DNA of 64,000 bases, taken from contig JAFRIJ010000003.1 of assembly GCA_017432825.1 (NCBI GenBank), positions 73,187-137,186 on the forward strand, written 5' to 3'. The position numbers were made by a program, and so were the translations under genes. Below are positions 9,532 through 19,632 of the stretch, piece by piece. This DNA comes from Bacilli bacterium (lineage in GTDB: Bacteria > Bacillota_I > Bacilli_A > RF39 > UBA660). Positions within the stretch are counted from its first letter, which is position 1. The number at the start of each line of letters is the position of its first letter. The notes beneath the pieces were generated by a model. The model was not told the DNA's origin. It was given only the letters and a program-made list of their open reading frames with translations, and made no database searches.

Positions 9532-10827
9532 ATGGAATTATTAAATGTTAAGGGAAGTAATGATTATTTACCTAAGAAGCAAATACTTAGAAATAAGATT
9601 ATTAATATTTTGACTAAGTATTTTGAGGCATATGGTTATTTGCCTGTTGAAACTACTACTTTATGTTATTATGATTTACTAGCATCTAAATATGCTGGTG
9701 GTGCTGAAATATTAAAGGAAGTATATAAATTAAAAGATCAGGGTAATAGAGAATTAGGACTTAGATACGATTTGACTGTTCCTTTTTCTAAAATAATTAG
9801 TATGAATTTAAATAAGGAAATTGAACTTCCTTTTAGAAGATATGAGATTGGTAAAGTTTATAGAGATGGCCCTGTTAAATTGGGACGTGATAGAGAGTTT
9901 TATCAATGTGATGTTGATGTTTGTGGTATTAGTAGTGTTTTAGCAGAGGCTGAGTTATTACAGATGTCTTCTATTTGCTATAAGGAATTAGGTATTAATA
10001 TTAATATATTATGGAATAATAGAAAGTTTTTATCTGGTTTAATTATAGAGTCAGGTATTAATGATGATATTACTAATAAGGTTATTTTGTCTGTTGATAA
10101 ATTAGCTAAGATTGGTGAAGATGGTGTTAGAAAAGAATTAGAAGAATATAATATTAGTAATGATTCTTTAGATAAGTTATTTGATTTCTTTAAGATTGAT
10201 ATTAATGATATTAGTACTTTATTTAAAGATAGTGATAATACTATTCTTAATGAAGGAATTAGTGAAGTATTGGAACTTAATGGTTATATTAATAAGTTAG
10301 GTCTTAATGAGTGTATTTTTACTCCTTATTTAGCGCGTGGCTTAGAGATATATACTGGTACTGTATGGGAAGTGTTTGATAAGGACAATAGAATTAGTTC
10401 TGCTATAGGTGGCGGTGGTAGGTATGATAAAATTATTACTAATTTTATTAATGATGGTAATACTTATCCTGCTGTTGGAATGACTTTTGGTTTAGTTCCT
10501 ATTTATGAAATATTATCTATGGAAAATGTTAATACTAATAATAGTTTATATGATTTATATATTATTCCTATGGATAGTGAAATATATTGTTTAGATTTGG
10601 CTAGTAAATTTAGAAATAAGGGTATTAAAGTTATTGTAGAATTTAATAATAGAAAATTAAAAAAATCATTTAATTGGGCTAGTAAGAATAACATTCCTTA
10701 TGTAATGGTTATTGGTGATTATGAGATAAATACTGGTAATATTAAATTAAGAGATATGAATAATTCTAAAGATATTGATGTTAATGTAGATGATATTGAT
10801 AAAATTATTGATATTATTAATAGTTAG
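9532..10827 (+). CDS. hisS: Histidine--tRNA ligase
   Basis: LRYDLTVP, GRDREFYQCDVD, LARGLEIYTG, GGGGRYD. Confidence 0.95.
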   Translation: MELLNVKGSNDYLPKKQILRNKIINILTKYFEAYGYLPVETTTLCYYDLLASKYAGGAEILKEVYKLKDQGNRELGLRYDLTVPFSKIISMNLNKEIELPFRRYEIGKVYRDGPVKLGRDREFYQCDVDVCGISSVLAEAELLQMSSICYKELGININILWNNRKFLSGLIIESGINDDITNKVILSVDKLAKIGEDGVRKELEEYNISNDSLDKLFDFFKIDINDISTLFKDSDNTILNEGISEVLELNGYINKLGLNECIFTPYLARGLEIYTGTVWEVFDKDNRISSAIGGGGRYDKIITNFINDGNTYPAVGMTFGLVPIYEILSMENVNTNNSLYDLYIIPMDSEIYCLDLASKFRNKGIKVIVEFNNRKLKKSFNWASKNNIPYVMVIGDYEINTGNIKLRDMNNSKDIDVNVDDIDKIIDIINS

Positions 10828-10835
10828 GTGATAGT

Positions 10836-12548
10836 ATGAGTTTAATTAGAGATACAGAAAAATATTTAAATAATATAATTAGTGATTTGGGGTATGAAGA
10901 AGAAGTTAGTTTAATTTCTTCTTCTGTTCCTAGTTTAGGGAAATTTCAGATTAATGTTGCTATGTCAATGGCTAAGAAATATCATAAGAATCCTATAGAT
11001 ATTGCTAATGAAATTATAAGTAAACTTGATAATAGGTTTGTGAATGTTAATATTGCTGGACCTGGTTTTATTAATTTGTCTTTTTCTGATAATATTATTT
11101 GTAATTATATGAATGATTGTATGAATAATTTTAATAGTCATGTTGATAAAGATGAAGGTAAAACTATTGTTATTGATTATGGTGGCGCTAATGCTGCTAA
11201 GGCTTTACATGTTGGTCATATGAGAAGTGCTAATATTGGTGAATCTATAAAAAGAATTGCTAAATTATATGGTAATAGTGTTATTGGTGATGTTCATTTG
11301 GGTGATTTAGGTAGACAAGCTGGTATGTTAATTTCTGAATATATGTTAATGGAACCAAATTCTTTATTTTTTGATGAGAATTATTTGGGTGATTATCCTA
11401 AAATTAATTTAACAACTAAGGATTTGGGGGTTATGTATCCTAGAGCTAGTATTAGTGCTAGTAATGATGATGAAAGAATGAAATTGGTAAGAGAAATCAC
11501 AAAAGAAGTTGAGGAAGGTAGAAGAGGATATTCAGAGTTATGGCGTCAGATGGTTGAGATATCTAAAAGTGATATTAAATCTGTTTATGATAGGTTAAAT
11601 TGTGATTTTGATGTTTGGTATGGTGAAATGGATAGTATTAAATATATTCCTGATACTTTAAATGTATTAAGACCATATTTATATGAATCTGATGGTGCTA
11701 TGGTTATGGATATAAAAGAAGAAGATGATAAAAAGGAATATCCTCCTTTAATGGTTATTAAGAGTGATGGATCTTCTAAATATGAAACAAGGGATTTAGC
11801 AACTATTTATATGAGGATGAAAGAATTTAATCCAGATGAGATATGGTATGTAATAGATAATAGGCAGGAATTTAATTTCCTTCAAGTATTTAGAGGCGCT
11901 TATAAGAGTGGTTTAGTTCCTAAATCTTGTAAATTAGATTTTTTAGGATTTGGTACTATTAATGGTATTGATGGTAAGCCTTTTAAGACTCGTGATGGTA
12001 GTGTTATGCCTTTAAATGATTTAATTGAATTAATAAAGAATGAAATTACTAAAAAGGTTAAAGAAGATTTACCAGATAGAGATAATGTTATTGAAAATTT
12101 AACTATTTGTACTTTAAAATATGCTGATTTGTTTTCATATAGAAAAACTGATTATATATTTGATCCTGCTAAGTTTTCTTCTTTTGATGGTAAAACAGGT
12201 CCATATATTATGTATACTTTAGTAAGGGGTAAGTCTATCTTAAGAAATAATGATTCTATTAAATATAATATTGATTATGTTGATGATAATATTAGAAATA
12301 TTTATACTAAAATAATTGAATTATCCTCTGAGTTATATAAATCTTATATTAATAAAAGCCCTAATATATTGTGTGAATATATTTATAATTTGTGTAATTT
12401 ATATAATAAGTTTTATAATGATATTAATATTAGTAATGAAAGAGACTTAAATAAGAAGAATAATTATTTATCTTTAACTAAATTGGTATGTAATACTATT
12501 AGTAATGTATTAAATTTACTTGCTATAAAAGAAGTAGATAGAATGTAA
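10836..12548 (+). CDS. argS: Arginine--tRNA ligase
   Basis: AGPGFIN, N..KALHVGHMRS (HIGH), FKTRDG, C-terminal DRM. Confidence 0.95.
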   Translation: MSLIRDTEKYLNNIISDLGYEEEVSLISSSVPSLGKFQINVAMSMAKKYHKNPIDIANEIISKLDNRFVNVNIAGPGFINLSFSDNIICNYMNDCMNNFNSHVDKDEGKTIVIDYGGANAAKALHVGHMRSANIGESIKRIAKLYGNSVIGDVHLGDLGRQAGMLISEYMLMEPNSLFFDENYLGDYPKINLTTKDLGVMYPRASISASNDDERMKLVREITKEVEEGRRGYSELWRQMVEISKSDIKSVYDRLNCDFDVWYGEMDSIKYIPDTLNVLRPYLYESDGAMVMDIKEEDDKKEYPPLMVIKSDGSSKYETRDLATIYMRMKEFNPDEIWYVIDNRQEFNFLQVFRGAYKSGLVPKSCKLDFLGFGTINGIDGKPFKTRDGSVMPLNDLIELIKNEITKKVKEDLPDRDNVIENLTICTLKYADLFSYRKTDYIFDPAKFSSFDGKTGPYIMYTLVRGKSILRNNDSIKYNIDYVDDNIRNIYTKIIELSSELYKSYINKSPNILCEYIYNLCNLYNKFYNDINISNERDLNKKNNYLSLTKLVCNTISNVLNLLAIKEVDRM

Positions 12549-12576
12549 TCTATTTCTTTTTGATTGAGAGGTTATT

Positions 12577-13617
12577 ATGAGTGTTAAGGAAATATTTTAT
12601 GATGTAATTAGAGAAGCAAAAGATGGAAGGGTAATTATTGATAACGAGGAATTTTTAATTGGATTTAATTCTTTTATTAATAATAGTTTATCTTATTTTA
12701 GTGATAATAATATGTCTTCTTTGATTATAAAAAATGAAGATGAGTTTTTTAAATATTTGGAGTTATATATTGATAATGAACTTGTATTAAATAGAAAAGG
12801 CCCTAGTTATATAAGTAATAATAAAGATAATATTATTAAATTATTAATTAGTTATTTGTTTGTTAATGCTAGTAATTATGATTTTAATAATGCTATTAGT
12901 TATTTAAAGATGAGAATTTCTTTTCTTTCTGATGATTTTAGCGATAATAAAATTAATTTGGGTAAAGTGTTTAGTCCTAAAATTGATGATGATATATATT
13001 TAGAAATTAAAAAAATTAAACAAGATATAAGAATGGAAACTCCTTATAGAATAGAATTTTCTTTAGTTTGTAATAATAGTAGATTTAATCTACCTTATAT
13101 TTCTTATGGTATTTCTAATGATGTTTGTTATATTTATTCTATTCAAAGTAGGAAACAAGATTGTTCTAGTTATGAGGATTATGAATATATTAAAAAAGTT
13201 AAGAGGTTTTTATATAAGATTGATGAGGGGATAGATAAGAATGATGATATAGCGTTAGTTTCTAATTCTTTTGTTTTATCTTTAACTATATTTATTAAAC
13301 TACTTAAAAATATGAATATTAATAAAGTTAGAAATATTTTATATTTGCCTGTTAGGTATTTATCTAGAGATATAGCGGCTTCTTCTCTTGATGATGTTAA
13401 TAGAAGTAATGAATTATATAAAAGGAATGATATGATTCAAAGTAATTTAACTAACAAATTTTTAAATACTATTAGAAGGGTTTGTTACAATTTAGAAGGT
13501 GTAAATATAATTAATGATATTACTATAGATAATGGTTATGTTGATGTTATACTTGATAGTAATTTAAATAAATCTAATAATAAATTGTTAGATAATATTA
13601 GTTTTAAAATTAGATAA
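12577..13617 (+). CDS. Hypothetical protein
   Basis: 346-aa ORF with GAGAGG RBS and native codon usage; no recognised motif. Confidence 0.7.
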   Translation: MSVKEIFYDVIREAKDGRVIIDNEEFLIGFNSFINNSLSYFSDNNMSSLIIKNEDEFFKYLELYIDNELVLNRKGPSYISNNKDNIIKLLISYLFVNASNYDFNNAISYLKMRISFLSDDFSDNKINLGKVFSPKIDDDIYLEIKKIKQDIRMETPYRIEFSLVCNNSRFNLPYISYGISNDVCYIYSIQSRKQDCSSYEDYEYIKKVKRFLYKIDEGIDKNDDIALVSNSFVLSLTIFIKLLKNMNINKVRNILYLPVRYLSRDIAASSLDDVNRSNELYKRNDMIQSNLTNKFLNTIRRVCYNLEGVNIINDITIDNGYVDVILDSNLNKSNNKLLDNISFKIR

Positions 13618-13670
13618 TTTGTTTAGATATTCTCTTTTTGTACCATAATTGGTATGAAAGGAGATTTTTT

Positions 13671-14444
13671 ATGGCACGTCATAAGGTAGATATATGTGGC
13701 GTGAATACTGCGAATATTAAGGTTTTATCTAGTTCTGAAATAGACGATTTATTTAATAAATATAAGAATGGTGATATGCATGCTAGAGATATGTTAGTTG
13801 AAGGTAATTTAAAATTAGTTTTATCAATTTTAAAGAAATTTTATAATAAGGTAGATAATTTAGATGATTTATTTCAAGTTGGATGTTTGGGTTTGGTTAA
13901 AGCTATTGATAATTTTGATACTAGTTTTGATGTTAAGTTATCTACATATGCTTGTCCTATGATATTAGGTGAAATAAAGAGGTATTTAAGAGATAATAGT
14001 GCTATTAGGATTAGTAGAAGTGTTAAAGATTTAGCTTATAAAATATTAAAGTTAAAAGATGAGTATATTGCAAGTAATGGTGTTGCACCTACTGATAAAT
14101 ATTTAGCAGAAGTACTTGGTGTTAGTGAATTTGATATTAGTAATGCTACTAATAGTTTAAGGGAACCTGTTAGTATGTATGAACCTATATATAATGATGG
14201 TGGAGATACTATTTATTTATGTGATCAAATTAGTAATTCTAAGGATCTTTATGATTTAGATTATAAATTAGCTTTAGATAAAGCTATTTCTAAATTAAAA
14301 AAAAGAGATAAAAAAATATTAGAAGAAAGATTTGTTATTGGTAAAACACAAATGGAGATTGCTTCTGAGTTAGGTATTAGTCAGGCGCAAATATCTAGGA
14401 TAGAAAAAAATGCTATTAATAGTCTAAAAAAGTATGTTAAATAA
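13671..14444 (+). CDS. sigG: Forespore sigma factor SigG
   Basis: N-terminus MARHKVDICGVNT matches SigG (MSRNKVEICGVDT); DDLFQVGCLGL, EPIYNDGGD, GISQAQISRIEK. Confidence 0.9.
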   Translation: MARHKVDICGVNTANIKVLSSSEIDDLFNKYKNGDMHARDMLVEGNLKLVLSILKKFYNKVDNLDDLFQVGCLGLVKAIDNFDTSFDVKLSTYACPMILGEIKRYLRDNSAIRISRSVKDLAYKILKLKDEYIASNGVAPTDKYLAEVLGVSEFDISNATNSLREPVSMYEPIYNDGGDTIYLCDQISNSKDLYDLDYKLALDKAISKLKKRDKKILEERFVIGKTQMEIASELGISQAQISRIEKNAINSLKKYVK

Positions 14445-14465
14445 TATAATTATTTAGGTGATGTT

Positions 14466-14708
14466 ATGAATTTATCTGATTTACAGAATAAAGAAGTAAT
14501 AGATATATCGACTGGTAAAAGGATGGGGAATATAATTGATGTTATTATTAATAGAAATGGTGAAATAACTAAGTTTATTTTAGAAGAAAGAAAGAGTGGA
14601 AAACATATATTTTCTTCTAGTAAAGATGAACTATCTATTTTATGGAAACAGATTGTTAGAATTGGTGATGATATTATGTTAGTTAATTATAAAGAAAGTG
14701 AACTATAA
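14466..14708 (+). CDS. ylmC: YlmC/YmxH family PRC-barrel sporulation protein
   Basis: LSDLQNKEVIDISTGKRMGNIID..WKQIVRIGDD; follows sigG. Confidence 0.85.
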   Translation: MNLSDLQNKEVIDISTGKRMGNIIDVIINRNGEITKFILEERKSGKHIFSSSKDELSILWKQIVRIGDDIMLVNYKESEL

Positions 14709-14763
14709 AAAATAGTTTATTTTCTTTTTTGTTATGGTATAATTATATTTAGGATGTGGTTAT

Positions 14764-15273
14764 ATGTTTAAATTAAATAATAAGGGATTTACTTTAATTG
14801 AAATTTTAGCAGTTATTGTTATTATTTCTATATTAGGTGGTATTGCTGTAATGGGTGTTCTATCATCTATAAATAATAGTAAAGATAAAGCTTATGAAAT
14901 AATGATTTCAAATATTGTTACTGCTAGTAGACAATTATATGATGAAGTTGATAATAGTGGTATTATTGGTGGTAAGTTATATAAATTTAGTGTTACTTGT
15001 GATGAAAGTTCTTTTGATTGTAGTACTAGTGAAGAAATAACTATTGTTGATGGTAAAATTAGTGTTAATTTACAAACTTTAGTTAGTAATGGATTTTTAG
15101 ATGGTATTAATAATAAGAATAATTCTACTAATAATAATAAAAAAATTTTGCTAGATCCTAAAGATAAAAAAGATTTGGGCGGATGTGAAATTATTATTTC
15201 TAAATCAGGTGTTGTTCCAAATGGAGGAGGAGATAATTGTCCTACTGAATATAAGGTGTTATCTAATGATTAA
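14764..15273 (+). CDS. Type IV pilin-like protein (prepilin cleavage/methylation motif)
   Basis: NNKG/FTLIEILAVIVII; four Cys in the globular part. Confidence 0.85.
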   Translation: MFKLNNKGFTLIEILAVIVIISILGGIAVMGVLSSINNSKDKAYEIMISNIVTASRQLYDEVDNSGIIGGKLYKFSVTCDESSFDCSTSEEITIVDGKISVNLQTLVSNGFLDGINNKNNSTNNNKKILLDPKDKKDLGGCEIIISKSGVVPNGGGDNCPTEYKVLSND

Positions 15274-15937
15274 TTTGGTTGGTAATAATTGGGATAATTT
15301 GTTGCAGGATGAATATAATAAAGATTATTTTAAAAAAATAGTTAAATTTATTAATAAGGAATATAAAGAAAAAACTATATTTCCTCCAAAGGATAAAATA
15401 TTAAGAGCGTTATCTTTAACTAGTTATGATGATGTTAAGGTTGTAATATTAGGTCAAGATCCTTATCATGGTATTGGAGAAGCTAATGGGTTATCTTTTG
15501 CTGTTAGTAATGGTATTAAATTACCTCCATCTTTAAAGAATATTTATAAAGAATTATATGATGATTTAGGAATTAAACCTTCTTCTTTTGGTAATTTAGA
15601 ATGTTGGGCAAGAGAAGGAGTATTATTATTGAATGCTGTTCTTACTGTTGAGAAGGATAAAGCTGCTAGTCATAAGAATATTGGTTGGGAGTATTTTACG
15701 GATGCTATTATAAAAAAAATAAATGAAAAAAGTTCTCCTGTTGTATTTATATTATGGGGCAATTTTGCTAGAAGTAAAAAAGATTTAATTACTAATTCTA
15801 AGCATTTAGTCATTGAGTCTTCTCATCCGTCTCCTTTTTCTGCTAATTATGGCTTTTTTGGTAGTAAACCTTTTTCTAAAACAAATATATTTTTAAGAAA
15901 GAATAATATAAAGGAAATTGATTGGCGAGTTTATTAG
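15266..15937 (+). CDS. ung: Uracil-DNA glycosylase
   Basis: GQDPYH, GVLLLN, HPSPFS. Confidence 0.95.
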   Translation: MINLVGNNWDNLLQDEYNKDYFKKIVKFINKEYKEKTIFPPKDKILRALSLTSYDDVKVVILGQDPYHGIGEANGLSFAVSNGIKLPPSLKNIYKELYDDLGIKPSSFGNLECWAREGVLLLNAVLTVEKDKAASHKNIGWEYFTDAIIKKINEKSSPVVFILWGNFARSKKDLITNSKHLVIESSHPSPFSANYGFFGSKPFSKTNIFLRKNNIKEIDWRVY

Positions 15938-15952
15938 AGTAGGGGTATTAAT

Positions 15953-18298
15953 ATGGATTTAAAGAATAATACATTATTAATTATAAATGATAATTATAAA
16001 GATAAAGTAATTAATGATATTAGAAATAATAATTATTTTCTTGATATAAAGTTTATGTCATTAAATGAGTTTAAAAATAATTATTATTTTTCTTATGATG
16101 AAAAAACTATTTATTATTTAATTAACAAATATAATTATGATTATGATGTTTGTATTATGTATTTAAATAACTTATATTATGTTAATGGAAATGATTTTAA
16201 TAATGATAAAATTAAAAAGCTTATTAATTTAAAGAAAGAATTAGAAAATAATAATCTTTTATATTATAATGATATATTTAGAAATAGTTTAGTTAATAAA
16301 AATATTGTTATATATAATTATTGTTTGAATAAATTTGATAATAAATTAATTGATGAACTAAAAAATATTTGTAATGTTACTTTATATAATGATAATATTA
16401 ATAAGTATAAACATAATTATATATATGAATTTAATGATATTGAGGGAGAAGTTTCTTTTGTTGCAGAAAAGATTATTAATTTAATTAATGATGGTATTGA
16501 TATTAATGATATTAAGATTTGTGGTATTGGTAATGAATATAAAAATACTATAAAAAGATTATTTAGTTTTTATAATATACCTATTAATTTTAATGATAAT
16601 TATTTATATTCTACTAGTATTGGTAAAGATTTTTTAAATAATTTATCTAATGATATTAGTAGTACTTTTAATTATATTACAGATAAATATAATATGAAAG
16701 ATGATTATATTCTTTGCATATATAATGATATTATAAATATTATTAATAAATACTTATGGTGTGATAATATTTTAGAGGTTAAGGAATTAATTATTCGTGA
16801 TTTTAAAAATAAAGTTGTTAATGTCACTAATTATGAAAAAGAAATAGAGGTTATTAATTCTTTAGATGGGTATTATGATAAATATATATTTTTAATGAAT
16901 TTTTCTTTAGGTGTTATTCCTAAAAATTATATGAATGATGATTATTTAAGTGATAGTTTAAAATTATTACTTGATATTGATACTTCATCAGAATTAAATG
17001 ATTTATATTATAATAAGTGGTTAGATGACATTAATAGTTCTTGCAATTTATTTATTAGTTATAAGAAACATTGTAATTCTATAGATTATTATATATCTTC
17101 TTTAAATGATAAGCTTAATTTAAGTATTCTTAATTATACTAATAGTTATGATTATTCTAATATATATAATAAAATTATTCTTACTAGGGATATTGATAAT
17201 CTAATTAAATATAATACTAATAGTAATGAATTGTCTTTATTATATAATAATTATAGTAATATTAATTACATGTCTTATAATAATAAATTTACTTATATTA
17301 ATTCTAATAAATTAAAGGAATATTTGAATCATAAATTAGTTTTATCTTATAGCGCTATAAACAATTATTATCATTGTTCTTTTAAATATTATTTATCTAA
17401 TGTTTTAAAATTAAATTTATTTGAAGATAATTTTAATACTATTATTGGTAGTTTATTTCATTATATTTTATCTATTTGTTTTGATGATAAAATTGATATT
17501 AAAAAGGAATATTATAATTATATTGATAAGTTAGAATATAAATTTAATTCTAGGGAATTGTTTTTTCTAGATAATTTATATGAAGAAGTTATGTTTGTAA
17601 TTAATACTATAAAGAAGCAGTATGAGTTTTCTACTTTAAATAAATCTTTATATGAAGAAAAAATTGAGATTGATAAGAGTAGAGAAGATATGCTTATTAT
17701 TTTTAAGGGATTTGTTGATAAAATACTAATGGATAATGATAGTAAGATAGCTTCTATAATTGATTATAAGACTGGTAATGTTAATTTAGATTTAAATAAT
17801 ATTAGTTATGGATTAGATTTACAGTTACCTGTGTATGTTTATTTAACTAAATATAAATTTCCTAATATTAGAATTGTTGGGTTTTATTTACAAAGAATTC
17901 TTAATAGTGAAGTAGTAAAAGATAATAATAAGAGTTATTTATCATTAAAAGAAGATAAATTAAAATTGCAGGGATATTCTAATAATGATATTAATATTCT
18001 TGAATTATTCGATTCTTCATATAATAGTAGTAATGTTATTATGGGAATGAGAACTGGTAATAATGGTATTATGTCTAAAAAGATATTTGATGATGGTGAT
18101 ATTAATAAAATATGTGATATAACTGATGATAAAATTAATTATTGTATAGATGAAATTATAAATTCTAGATTTGATATTAATCCTAAGAGAATAGGTAGTG
18201 ATAATGTTGGATGTATGTATTGTAAATATAAAGATATTTGTTTCGTTAATGATAATAATATAGTTAATTTGGATAGTCCAGAAGATATTTTTTCTTAA
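15953..18298 (+). CDS. AddB/RexB-like protein with C-terminal PD-(D/E)XK nuclease and Fe-S cysteines
   Basis: LSYSAINNYYHCSFKY, GFVDKI, IIDYKTG, LQLPVY, CMYCKYKDIC. Confidence 0.75.
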   Translation: MDLKNNTLLIINDNYKDKVINDIRNNNYFLDIKFMSLNEFKNNYYFSYDEKTIYYLINKYNYDYDVCIMYLNNLYYVNGNDFNNDKIKKLINLKKELENNNLLYYNDIFRNSLVNKNIVIYNYCLNKFDNKLIDELKNICNVTLYNDNINKYKHNYIYEFNDIEGEVSFVAEKIINLINDGIDINDIKICGIGNEYKNTIKRLFSFYNIPINFNDNYLYSTSIGKDFLNNLSNDISSTFNYITDKYNMKDDYILCIYNDIINIINKYLWCDNILEVKELIIRDFKNKVVNVTNYEKEIEVINSLDGYYDKYIFLMNFSLGVIPKNYMNDDYLSDSLKLLLDIDTSSELNDLYYNKWLDDINSSCNLFISYKKHCNSIDYYISSLNDKLNLSILNYTNSYDYSNIYNKIILTRDIDNLIKYNTNSNELSLLYNNYSNINYMSYNNKFTYINSNKLKEYLNHKLVLSYSAINNYYHCSFKYYLSNVLKLNLFEDNFNTIIGSLFHYILSICFDDKIDIKKEYYNYIDKLEYKFNSRELFFLDNLYEEVMFVINTIKKQYEFSTLNKSLYEEKIEIDKSREDMLIIFKGFVDKILMDNDSKIASIIDYKTGNVNLDLNNISYGLDLQLPVYVYLTKYKFPNIRIVGFYLQRILNSEVVKDNNKSYLSLKEDKLKLQGYSNNDINILELFDSSYNSSNVIMGMRTGNNGIMSKKIFDDGDINKICDITDDKINYCIDEIINSRFDINPKRIGSDNVGCMYCKYKDICFVNDNNIVNLDSPEDIFS

Positions 18299-18367
18299 TA
18301 TTATAAAAATACTTGATTTTTTAATTATTATTGATATAATAATTAGCTAATTAAAGGTGGGGATTTT

Positions 18368-18760
18368 ATGTTGAGAAAGATATTAAGTTTTGTTATTGTT
18401 TTAGTTTTAGTGGGACTAATTATTACTAGTTTATTAAATTTATATAACAAAAGTAAATTAGAATCTAAGGGATTTGATAAATCTATTAATGAAAAAGTTG
18501 ATAGTAATGATAAAAATAATATTATAGATAAAAATAGTTCAAGTAATAAAAAGAAAGATAAAAATGATTCTAATAATAGTAAAACTAATAGTGATAATAA
18601 TTCTAATAATGAGGAAGTTTTAAATAATAGTTCTTCAGAAATGGATTATTATAATGTTCAAGTTGAAAATACTGGTAGTTATAAAAATAATATAATATAT
18701 ATTGTTTCATCTATTTTTATATTATTTGGGTTTGGTGCTGTTGCTTATAATAAAAATTAA
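18368..18760 (+). CDS. Small surface protein with LPXTG-like (VENTG) sorting signal
   Basis: N-terminal hydrophobic segment, N/S/D low-complexity linker, VENTG then TM helix then short tail. Confidence 0.6.
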   Translation: MLRKILSFVIVLVLVGLIITSLLNLYNKSKLESKGFDKSINEKVDSNDKNNIIDKNSSSNKKKDKNDSNNSKTNSDNNSNNEEVLNNSSSEMDYYNVQVENTGSYKNNIIYIVSSIFILFGFGAVAYNKN

Positions 18761-18839
18761 GGATTTCCTTAATTTTTTTGTTATTATTTCTTTTCTTTTA
18801 CATATATTTTATTGTAGGTATAGAAAGGAATGAAATACT

Positions 18840-19100
18840 ATGGAAACATTAAAAGTAGGTACTAAATCTAATCCTAATTCTGTTGCTGGAGCTCTTGCTA
18901 ATGTATTTAGAGAAAAGGGTGTTGTAGAAGTGCAAGCTATAGGAGCTGGAGCATTAAATCAAGCTATTAAGGCTATTGCTATTGCTAGAGGTTTTGTAGC
19001 GCCTAGTGGTAAAAATTTGGTTTGTATTCCTGCATTTACTGATATACAAATTGATGGGGAAGAGAGAACTGCTATTAAGTTAATTGTAGAGGCTATATAG
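18840..19100 (+). CDS. spoVS: Stage V sporulation protein S
   Basis: KSNPNSVAGALA..QAIGAGALNQAIKAIAIARGFVAPSG..GEERTAIKLIV. Confidence 0.96.
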   Translation: METLKVGTKSNPNSVAGALANVFREKGVVEVQAIGAGALNQAIKAIAIARGFVAPSGKNLVCIPAFTDIQIDGEERTAIKLIVEAI

Positions 19101-19164
19101 TCTCTTTTTTTATTTACATATTATTTATTATGTTGTATAATTATTTTAAGATAGGGTTGATTGT

Positions 19165-19617
19165 ATGAAAAAGATTGTTTTATGGATTGTTTTGTTTTTT
19201 TTAATTATTTTATTACTTTTTGTTATATTTATTAATTATAATAAAAAGAATATTATTACAAATAATAATACTAAGTCTAAAGATGTATCTTTAGCTGATG
19301 AAGAGGTATGGACTTCTTATAAAAAGAAAGTAATAAATAGAAATAACTTTGAATTAGTTGAGTCGTTTGATAATTTTTATAGTTTTTCTTTAAAATTTAA
19401 TAATGATATACTTAGCTTTTGTAATATTTATACAGATAAGTGTGTTGATTATAAATATACCTTATTAGATAGTGAATATTCTTTGTATGATTTAGATGGC
19501 AATAGTTTAGATAGTAAATATAAATTAGATCTTTTAGATAATACTTTGTGTTTTATAAATTATACTGTTGATTCTGTTAATTATGATATTTATTATTTTA
19601 AGTATAGTGATAAATAG
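19165..19617 (+). CDS. Hypothetical membrane-anchored protein
   Basis: N-terminal TM helix; directly upstream of the giant pilin gene. Confidence 0.65.
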   Translation: MKKIVLWIVLFFLIILLLFVIFINYNKKNIITNNNTKSKDVSLADEEVWTSYKKKVINRNNFELVESFDNFYSFSLKFNNDILSFCNIYTDKCVDYKYTLLDSEYSLYDLDGNSLDSKYKLDLLDNTLCFINYTVDSVNYDIYYFKYSDK

Positions 19618-19632
19618 TTAGTGAGGTGTTTT

